A stretch of 64,000 nt of DNA, from NCBI GenBank assembly GCA_047967505.1, contig CM106538.1; one strand, 5' to 3'. The position numbers and the translations under genes are program-made. Origin of the DNA: Dipteris shenzhenensis. Its lineage: Eukaryota. Positions 49,901-60,053 of this stretch are shown here, piece after piece (within the stretch, counting starts at the first letter, position 1; every line of letters begins with the position of its first letter). The notes under the pieces are model-generated. The model was not told the origin of the DNA and made no database searches. It saw nothing but the letters and a program-made list of their open reading frames with translations.

Positions 49901-52900
49901 AAGCAGGCACCCATGGCATGGTATGCCAAAATTCATGCACACTTACTATCCCTTGGTTTTCGAATAGTCCCACAGAACCCACTCTTTATGTCGGTGGGAG
50001 TGGATCTGATTTTTTAGTGCTGATTTTATAGGTGGATGATATGCTCATCACAGGCCTAGATACTCAGCAAATTGCAGCTTTCAAGGCTGATTTGCAGCAG
50101 ATTTTTGAGATGTCAGACATGGGACAGCTCCATTATTATTTGGGCGTTCAGTTTGCTCATGTTGAGGGGGGTATCATGATGTCTCAGTCCAAGTGTATTG
50201 GCCAGCTCCTTGATGGTTTTCAGTTTGAGGATTGCAAGCCAATCTGTACTCCAATGGACCCTGGCTTCAAATCCTCAGCTCATGATGGGAGCCCACCATG
50301 TGATATCACTCTTTATTAGCAGGCTGTTGGATGCCTTATTTATTTATGTCACACCAGACCTAACTTGCAGTATGCAGTATCTCAGCTTAGCAGATTCATG
50401 CACATGCCCAGTTCACAGCATTGGCAGGCAATGAAGAGAGTCTTCAGATATCTCAGAGGCACTCAGGATTTAGCCCTTTTCTATGGTGATCAGGGTTCAC
50501 TTACCATGCATGCTTACACGGATAGTGACTGGGCAGGATGTTCCGACACCAGAGTGTCACATACTGGCAATTGTTTTTTGCTTGGCAATTCATGTATCTC
50601 TTGGCTCAGCAAGAAGCAACCAACAGTTGCCACATCTAGATGTGAGGCTGAGTACAGGGCAGCTTTCAGCGCTACAGTAGAGTGCGTTTGGCTTCGACAG
50701 CTACTTACAGATCTTGGTATTCGCCAGACATCCTCCGACAGCCAGAGTGCTTTGGCCATTTCGCGTAACCCAGTGTTTCATGCGTGTACCAAGCATATTG
50801 AAGTTCACTATCATTATGTTCGGTAGCGGTTGTCAGCAGGAGACATAGAGTTATCCTATCTTCCCACAGAGGACAACATAGCAGATATGTTTACAAAGGC
50901 ACTTCCTCGTCCCAAGTTGGAAGTCTTTTGACAGGCTTTACACTTGGTTCCCTTTGTTACATGATCTGACATCCCTTGTACATTCATAGGTGGCTATATC
51001 CTTTTGGATGAAGATGTGCCACCATGACGAGAAAATACCAGGTATTTTGAGATGTTTCAAAGTACTTCAGCCCATCCCATGGAGGGGGGTTTGTAGGCCA
51101 TCTCCTGGTGGTTCTAGTGATGCCCTATAAGCCATGGTATGTGCCTTGTAGGCATAAATAAAGGCACTTATAGTGTTAGTGCTTTTTAGGCCACATAGGA
51201 CACTTAGTCCTATGTGACACCTAGGACATTTAGTCCTAGGTCTAGGTACTTGTACCTTGTACCTCTCTTATTTTCCTGTAATCCTAGTTGACGTGATGGC
51301 TAAGTTTTGTACTACGTTTTGCTATCTGCACTCTCTCTCTCAAGTGATCCTATACTCTTGATGTGCATCCCGCAAGGCAATGACCTGTAAGGGGATACCC
51401 GTCCCCGTGAAAGCTTCCAACCGAGTGGACTTTGTGATCAGTAAGTTATCTGTATCTATCCACTCTGTTGGTATGGCTGCCTCTATCTGCTGCATCCTGA
51501 TTGCACTCCCTCTGAGGTGGCGAACTGATAATAGTATCTGATTCTCTGGAAGCTGTCGAAAATATACCTTTGTAAGACTAGAATAAGTCCAATCATACAA
51601 ATGTAGATGTTTTGTTGTTTTAAAGACAAAAAATCTACACTGAAAATAAAAGAGAAAATGAAAGAGGAGAAAAAAGAGTAAACAAAAACTTTTATGAAAA
51701 ACAAAAGGAAGACATACTTAGCAAGCAAAGCAACACTTATTTCATCATTAAAGCCAAAGCATAAGCGCTATAGTGGGTTTCTAAAGACCCGTGGAGTCTC
51801 TAGGGCAGCTCCCTTCTCCCAGGTGGAAGCAGATCCCCTCTCCCATCTAGACGACTGCATATAATGTGCATCCCGCAAGGCAATGACCTGTAAGGGAACA
51901 CCCGTCCCCCAACCAAGTGTACTATGTGATCAGCAAGTCATCTGTATCTATTAACTCTGTTGGTATGGCTGCCTCTATCTGTTGCATCCTGATTGCACTC
52001 TCTCTGAGGTGGCCAACTGATAAGAGTCTCTGATCCTCTGGAAGCTGTCTAAAAGCTTTCTAGGCACCTACAATGGAAGCAAGTCCCCTCTCCCATCTAG
52101 ACCAATGCATATAATGTGACTCCTAGTGATCTGCCATGCTCATCCAATATAGATTCATTCCACATAACTGGCTGCCTGTCTATTTCTTCGTGAGAGCAGG
52201 GTGTAACTCTTTGAAGAGTGTCTTTGAAGCTGCCCCAAGCTTTCAGAATGGAAGCCATGAGAGGGGAAGAGGGAGATCTAAGATGGGCTGAAGTAAAAAT
52301 CCATCTCGAGCTGTCCATCCAATCCCCGGTGAGAAGGTGTACAAGGCTGAATGTTGCGTAGGAAAAAATCTTTCCAAGGTTCTTGTCCAGTCATCATTCC
52401 TCTCACTACAAATTTGCAGAGCAAGGCCATACATTGCAAATTCGAATCAATAATATTGAGACCTCCTTCCCCTGTGGGGAGAATGAGGGTCTCCGAAGCC
52501 ATCAGGGATGCCCTTTAGCCACCTTTCTCTTTTTATTTGTGGCCGAAGCTATGAGCTATTACCTTAGAGCTCAAGCTGGTATTATAGGGTTGAGTCTTCC
52601 GTTGAGGCAGGAGGATGAGCTTTTGGATAGTTAGTTGGCAGATGATACGCTGTTTTTTTGGATGCCACACCGCAGATACTCACCTCGTTCAGGACAGCCT
52701 TGGATTTGTTTTGCATTGTAGCAAGGGCCCATATTAATTAGAACAAATCCAATGGCTTTTGGATTAGTGATGAGGGCACTCCAGATTGGGGGATTGACAT
52801 AGGATTCACTTGGATTTAGAGGGGTGTTTCCATCAGGTACTTAGGATGCCAGGTTGGCGTGGGCATCTCTCCAGCACAACAGTTTGCTCCTGTGTTGGAG

Positions 52901-54335
52901 AGCATCAGGAGGAAACACATTTTTTGGAGTTCTGTTAGACTTGACCTTGCATCTAGAGTAGTGATTGTGAACCAGGTATTATTGGCTACTGCTTGGCTCG
53001 TTTGCTCTTGTTAGTGCAGATCTAGAGGTGCTATGAGGCTGTTTCTTTCTTCTCTTCCTTAGGCAATCTCTGGCAAAATGCTATGCCTAAAGAATGAGCC
53101 ATTTGGACGCTGGAGCGTGATGTGGTCATCCGTAATCTTAGGGTTAGAGACAACGACCCTAACATGTGGCACCCCGTCCGTCCTGATTGCCTCTGCTGCT
53201 GAAGAAGGCATCATAGGGAGGGGGGGATCTTGGTGACCATCCCGAAAGCGGCTCCAATTGATGATAAGAGTTGATGGTATACTTGAGGGAGACCGGGGAA
53301 TCTGAGAAAAAGTGAAAATGTTCGGCCATCCTCCTCCACAGGGTCAGAATCCAGCGAGAAGGGTGTCAAGAAAATCCTCCTGGAGCTCAATGCCAAAGGA
53401 CTGGCCTGAAGCACTGTACCTGCTGCATGCGGGGAATAAAAAGCAACTTGAAAGAAACCTCGACCAAGCAGACAAACATCTGTGAGGTGCCCTGCTAGGT
53501 CTCCAAGTAGAGCGGCGAGCATCCAGTGCCTGTCCTGTAACCTGGAAGGGTGGGACCCATGGATGCGAGCAAAGAGCGATGTCAAGCTCTCCTGCTTTGT
53601 ATATTTTTTGAGCTGTTGCAACTCGTCTTTTGAGAATGTGATGGTTTTCGCGGCCAGTGGAAGCGGGCGAGGATTGGTTGAAGGCAGAGCCATCGTCAAT
53701 CGGGGTGGAAAGGCTGACTCTAACACTGTTGAGCTCCGTCTGACTATAAAGCTGCTGTGAAGGCAAAGGAGAGTCTGAGAGAGAGGGTGAGGGTGAAGGT
53801 AGAGGGAGAGGCTAGGAAGGGGGGGAGGTATAGGCTGAAAAGGAAAAAAGGGGGGGGGGGGGTGCTGAAGGAGGAGGGGAGGGGAGAGGAAGAGGGGCTG
53901 AAGGAGTGGGAGAGGAGGTGAGGGAGGGAGGGGAAAGGGGCAGGGGAGGGGGGCAGGGGAAGGGGGCGAGGGGGCGGGTGTAGGGGTAGAGGGGGCGGAG
54001 GTAGGGGGCGGGGGGTAGAGGTTGGGGCGGGGGAGAGGGGGCTGAGATGCGGGGGTATAGGGCGGGGGAGAGGGGGACTGAGATGCAGGGGTGGGGGGCG
54101 GGGGAGAGGGAGCTGAGATGTGGGGGTAGAGGGCGGGGGAAGGGGGCTGAAGGGGCGGGTATAGGAAGGCAAGGAGGGGCTGAAGGAGGAGGGAGAGGTG
54201 AGCCAGGGAGGGGGCTGAAGGGAGGGAGGAGAGAGGGGTGGGGAGGCAGGCAGGAAGAGGCTGAGAGGGGGCAGCAAGGGAGTCGAGGAGAAGCAGCAGC
54301 TCCAAGCCAAAAATGAGAACACACGGCAGACAATC
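43912..54335 (-). mobile_element. Rearranged L1-like LINE (ORF1 near 53100-53700, inverted RT piece, ORF2 C-terminus), interrupted by a Copia at 45066-51354
   Basis: ORF1 DUF4283-like LLGRGFFQVAF..LRFPGLP; RT on + at 52495-53040 (HQGCPLA..LADDT..YLGCQVG); minus LILPTGEGGL; zinc-binding PTCPRCHATVESFQHCLWEC; LINE-like sequence resumes on both sides of the Copia TSD. Confidence 0.8.
45066..51354 (+). mobile_element. Full-length but decayed Ty1/Copia element
   Basis: LTRs 45066-45327 and 51092-51354; TSD CTCTT (45061-45065, 51355-51359); PBS 45329-45340; PPT ~51079-51091; gag, protease (WYFDSGAS, duplicated ~450 bp), integrase (LVHSDVCGP), RT ([17 protein letters not shown]), RNase H (YTDSDWAG); many stops. 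Confidence 0.97.
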
Positions 54336-54455
54336 GTTTTTTTTTTTGGGGGGGGGGGTGATGTCAGATTATGTTCTTACATGCACTTACTGTTCAATTC
54401 CTTAGTTTACAGTCTTAACTAATAATATAAAGTTTCTGTATCACTGTCCTTGCAG

Positions 54456-55666
54456 ATGCAGCCCAAGAGTGCAAAAGTATACTTGACACAGTGGAATATG
54501 TGTTTCCTCAAGGCATGCCAGATGCTCTGGGTGAGAGCAAGCTGCAGGATACCATCAGCAATGCTGTTGAATTACTGCCAGAGCTTTGGAAACAAGCGGG
54601 CCTTTATCATGAGGCAATGCCTGCATATAGGCGTGCATTGCTACATCAATGGAATTTAAACCCAGACTGCTGCGCACGCATTCAAAAGGAATTTGCACTT
54701 TTGCTTCTGTATGGTGGGGTGGAAGCGGGTGCACCTAGTTTAGCTTCCCAGGTTGAAGGCTCATTTGTTCCCAAAAATAATCTAGAAGAAGCTATCCTTT
54801 TGTTGATGATTCTATTAAGAAAGACTTCACTGCGAAAGATCGCTTGGGACTCCACTGTCATGGATCATTTGACCTTTGCTTTGGCATTGTGCGGACAGAC
54901 TGCAGTTTTAGCAAAGCAGTTTGAAGAGGTTTTGCCAGGAATATATAGCAGGCCTGACCGTTGGTATAACTTGGCTCTGTGTTACAGTGGAGCAGGCGAG
55001 AAGAAAATGGCATTAAATTTATTGAAAAAGTCCCTACATGTTCTAGAGAGACCAAATGATATCTCTGTACTTCTATTGGCTGCGAAGGTGTCTGCTGAAG
55101 AATGTGATACTGCCAGTGATGGTATCAAATATGCACAGAGAGCCATAGAGAATATGAAGGACGGCTCTCATGATAGGAAATGTGTTGCTTACCATATTCT
55201 AGGAGTTGCCATGGGTAAGCAGGTTAGGGCTGCTTGTTCAAACACTCAAAGGACCTGGTATCAGAGTGAAGCCCTGAAAGCACTGAGAGAATCGATGTCG
55301 CTGGATGGAGACAATGCTGAAGTGTATTTTAATCTTGGGACAGAGTATGCTGAGCAGCGAAATGTGACTGCTGCCTTGGATTGTGCCAAGAAATTTTTAG
55401 ACCTGACTGGTGGCTCCGTAGTGAAAGGTTGGAGATTTCTGGGACTGATACTTTCAGCACAGCAACAATATTCTGAGGCAGAAAATGTTCTGAATGTTGC
55501 TCTAGAGGAGACTGGTAAGTGGGATCAAGGGGAGTTATTACGCACCAAAGCAAAGTTGCAGATTGCACAGGGTGAGTCGAGACGTGGCATTGAAACATAC
55601 ATGTATCTTTTAGCGTTGGTACAAGCTCAAAGAAAGAGTTTTGGAGCTGGTATTTCAAGGTCAAAG
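54456..55666 (+). CDS. NPG1: NPG1/NPGR-family protein, coding exon 3 (TPR-rich, 1211 nt); gene continues beyond the window
   Basis: DAAQECKSILDTVE..AVELLPELWKQAG..YRRALL..SFVPKNNLEEAILLLMILLRK..EYAEQRN..KGWRFLGLILSAQ..QGELLRTKAKLQIAQ; ccttgcag| acceptor and aag|gtatga donor; no stops. Confidence 0.95.
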
Positions 55667-55939
55667 GTATGACTACATCTATTTCTGTGGATTGCATTTT
55701 TTTCTACAACACTATAACCCTACTTCATAGTGGTGTGGTGTGTCTTATGCAATATGTTTAAAGGTAGAAGCACAGTGGAAGAACCTGAATGACAAGATGG
55801 TGATAGGTTATTGCTGTCCTGTATTTTGGGTTAGAGCGACTTCACATAGCTAATATGCATATTCAAGCTTATAGGCAATTTGAACCATAGGTACATCCAC
55901 AAAACAATGAATATTAATGAGCATAAGGGTTTGTACTTT

Positions 55940-56510
55940 GTAAGGATCATCGGACTTGTGTGAGATTTGTAATTCATTTCAATATGTGGATATACTATTT
56001 TGGGGTGGTGAAGGAAAACCAGATGAGAAGGACATGCTGCATCACATTATTGACCTCATGAATCAAGAGTCGAAACTATCGATGCCTGCTAAAAAAAGCA
56101 CGGCATTCTTGAGGCCTCATTTATGACTCGATGGTCAGAGCCCTCGTTAGAGGACAATGTTTGGGAGACGATATGTAATGAAGGGGAAAAAGGGGCAATT
56201 TAGAGACCCTTTAGAGGCCTCTTAGGTAGGAAATGTGGATGGACTATATAAGTCCCCATCCACCCCTATTTGTACACTTTTGATGTGACATCTAATCCTA
56301 TCTACTCCCACCTCCTTCCTCCTACTTGCTGCCTACAGTCTTTCTCCCAATCTCTCTCTCTATCTCTCTCCCCTCACCCTTTTTCTCTCTCTTCCTCTCC
56401 CTCTACCCCTTTCCCTCCTATCTCTCTATCTCTCTCCTTCTCCCTTATCCTCTTCCCCTTTTTTGGCATCTCCGGCCCTTCACCAATTCTGCCCCTGCCC
56501 CCTTCATTGC
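55940..56510 (+). mobile_element. Possible Gypsy 3' remnant with an LTR starting at ~56174, interrupted by the Copia LTR at 56511
   Basis: gaggacaatgtttgggagacgata|tgtaatg resembles a pol end, PPT and LTR junction; tatataag followed by a CT-rich tract. Confidence 0.35.
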
Positions 56511-59500
56511 TGTAGGATCGGTTGAGAGAAAAGAGAGTGCAAGGTACAAAGATTCGAAGAGTCACAGCCGTCACGTCAATCTTGAGTATTGAGTGAAAAA
56601 CAAAAGTACATAGTACTTGTACCTAGACCTAGGACTAAGTGTCCTAGGTGTCACATAGGACTAAGTGTCCTATGTGGCAAAGAAGGCACACAATAAACTA
56701 AGTGCCTATACCAATGCCTACAAGGCACATATCAGGGCCTATAGGGCATCACTAGAACTAGGAGAAGATGGCCTACAAACCCCCCTCCATGGTATGGGCT
56801 GAAGTATTCTAGAAACGTCGCAGAATATCTGGTATTTTCTGATCATGGTGGCACATGTTCATCCAAAAGGATATAGCCACCTATGAATGTACAAGGTATG
56901 TTAGATCATGTAACAAAGGGAACCAAGTGTAAAGCCTGGCTGAAGACTTCGAACTTGGGACAAGGAAGTGCCTTTGTAAATAGATGTACTATGTTGTCCT
57001 CTGTGGGAAGATAGGACAACTCTATGTCTCCTGCTGCAACCGCTCCCGAACATAATGATAGTGAACTTCAATATGCTTGGTACGCGCATGAAACACTGGA
57101 TTAAGCGCAATGGCCAAAGCACTCTAGCTGTCAGTGTAGACCATAGTGGAGGATGTCTGGTGAATACCAAGATCTGTAAGTAACTGTCGAAGCCAGACAC
57201 ACTCTACTGTAGCGGTGAAAGCTGCCCTGTACTCAGCCTCAGAGCTAGATGTGGCAACTGTTGGTTGCTTCTTGCTGAGCCAAGAGATACATGAATTGCC
57301 AAGCAAAAAACAATTGCTAGTATGTGACACTTTGGTATCTGCACATCCTGCCCAATCACTATCCGTGTAAGCATGCATGGTAAGTGAACCCTGATCACCA
57401 TAGAAGAGAGCTTAATCCGGAGTGCCTCTGAGATATCTGAAGACTCTCTTCACTGCCTGCCAATGCTGTGAACTGGGCATGTGCATGAATCTGCTGAGTT
57501 GAGATACTGCATACTGTAAGTCAGGTTTGGCGTGACATAAATAAATAAGGCATCCAACAGCCTGCTGATAAAGAGTGATATCACATGGTGGGCTCCCATC
57601 ATGAGCTGAGAATTTGAAGCCAGGGTCCACTGGAGTAGAGATTGGCTTGCAATCCTCGAACTGAAAACGATCAAGGAGCTGTCCAATATACTTGGACTGA
57701 GACATCATGATACCCCCCTCAACATGAGCAAACTGAATGCCCAAATAATAATGGAGCTGTGCCATGTCTGACATGTCAAAAATCTGCTGCAAATCAGCCT
57801 TGAAAGCTGCAATTTGCTAAGTATCTGGGCCCGTGATGAGCATATCATCCACATATAAAATCAGCACTAAAAAATCAGATCCACTCCCACGGACATAAAG
57901 AGTGGGTTTTGTGGGGTTATTATGAAAACCAAGGGATAGTAAGTGTGCATGAATTTTGGCATACCATGCCCTGGGTGCCTGCTTCAAACCATAAAGGGCT
58001 TTTCTAAGCCGGCATACCTTATTTTCAGAATTTACAACCTCAAAGCCAGGAGGTTGGGTGACATATACTTCTTCCTGCATATCCCCATGAAGAAAAGCAG
58101 TCTTGATGTCAAGTTGGTGCACTTGCCAATGATGATGGGCTGCAATGGCAATGGCATATCTAATAGTAGTAATCCGGGATGTGGGAGCAAAGGTCTCCTC
58201 AAAGTCAATGCCTTGTTGTTGGGCATACCCTTTTGCAACAAGACGGGCTTTGTATCGATCTATGCTACCATCAGATTTCCTTTTTAATTTGTAGACCCAC
58301 AGGGTACCAATGGCATGCTTGCCGGGAGGAAGATCTACTAATTTCCATGTGTCATTTTTGGCAATGGATTGTAACTCAGCTCTCATTGCATCCATCCACT
58401 CTTTGCCGTCAAAAGCATGTTTATGGCACAAGGGCTCTTCATTGCAAGCTGTAGCAAGGAGTGCAAATTCAAGAAAGTGACCATGCATTTGTCTATTCCC
58501 TGATGTTGTCCAGGCAGCAAAAGGCTGATCTTGTTTTCTGTCCCTCAATGTATCAAGAAGCCATCTGGGAACTTGCCTTTGTTGTCTATTTTTAGCTCTT
58601 TCTTTAGTGACTGTGTCATGAATAGTGGGATCATTTTGGGCTGGAAGAGAAACCTGCAAATCAGCATGGGGTAGTGGCTGATTATTGCTTGGTGGAGGGC
58701 CTGCAGGAGGCTCATGTTGCTAGTAAAGTCCTCTTCTGAGGATGGCAGAGGTAACCAAGATTCAAAGGCATCAAACATGTCAACATCTGGCTTAGCTTTG
58801 CAGTCTACAAGAGGAGAAGCTGAATGTTCAGCAAAGATTACATCTCTACTGACAATAATCTTCCCAGTATTTGGTTGATATAACCGATACCCTTTGCTCT
58901 CCTGGCTGTAACCAATAAATATGCATTTGATTGCCTTATCATCAAGCTTATGTCTCAGCTCAGATGGTACATGAACATATGCAAGAGACCCAAAAAATCT
59001 CATGTGTGAAAGTGAAGGCTTCTTGCCTTTCCATGCTTCATAAGGTGTAACGGTCTTCAATGCCCGTGTAGGTGATCTATTCAGCACATAGTTGGCACAC
59101 ATCACTGCATCAAGCCAAAATTTATTGGGCAAAGACTTGGCCTTAAGCATGGATCTGGCCATCTCCATTGTGGACATGTTTTTCCTTTGAGAAACAGGAT
59201 TCTGCTGAGGAGTGTAAGGAGTAGTGCATGAGTGAATAATGCCCCGTGAAGACAGAAATGCATCAAACTCCTTAGACATATACTCTCCCCCCCTATCTGT
59301 GTTGAGGTTGACAAGCTTGCATCCTGATTCATTCTCAACCATATTCAGCCACCTTTGAAAGCATAAGAAAACTTTCTATTTGGCTTTTAAAGGATATATC
59401 CAGCAATATCTTGTGAAATCATCAATGAGAGTCATGAAATACTTATGCCCCCCAATGGCATTTGTCCTCATTGGGCCACAGACATCACTGTGTACTAGCT

Positions 59501-59976
59501 GCAATTTCGTTGGTGAGAGTTTTGGACAATTTTTTTGAAAAGGAAACCGATGCATCTTACCCAAAAGACAACCCTCACACACATGTTTGGAAACTGTGTG
59601 AGTTTGAGGTACATCATTTGCCATCTGCTGTGAATGTAGCTTTGCAAGAGCTCTTTAATTGAGATGACCCATTCTCTCATGCCAAAGATGAGTTATAGCA
59701 AGCTGTGAATCTGAAATTGCAAATGCTTTAATATAAAGTGCAGCTGAGTGATGATCAAGGTGATAAAGCCCCTTTTGCAGAGTGCCAGTGAGAACTATGG
59801 CATTGTCATCACGAAGATCATAAACTAGGCTTCTGTAGCCATCAAAAATCACTCTGAAACCTGAAGTGGCAATTGCTGAAATTGAAATCAAGTTGACTTC
59901 AGTTCCAGGCACAAAAAGAACATTTGTCAGAGTGACAGAATGGCTTGAAATGGATGTGAGCTGCACATCTCCAATT
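56511..59976 (-). mobile_element. 5'-truncated or interrupted Ty1/Copia, same family as 45066-51354 (3' LTR 56511-56777)
   Basis: Integrase, RT and RNase H peptides nearly identical to the + copy (e.g. SLPNKFWLDAVMCANYVLNRSPT, LYVDDMLITG); PPT at ~56778-56790; LTR tgtaggccatct...atcctaca on minus. Confidence 0.95.
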
Positions 59977-60017
59977 CATTTCAGCAAGGCAGTTGGCCAG
60001 AGAGCTCAAGGAGTATG

Positions 60018-60049
<32 letters not shown>

Positions 60050-60053
<4 letters not shown>

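Noticed and set aside
53211-54333. Long Pro-rich extensin-like ORFs
   Set aside because: They arise from the C-rich low-complexity LINE 5' region, open in several frames; only the part from MALPST.. is LINE ORF1
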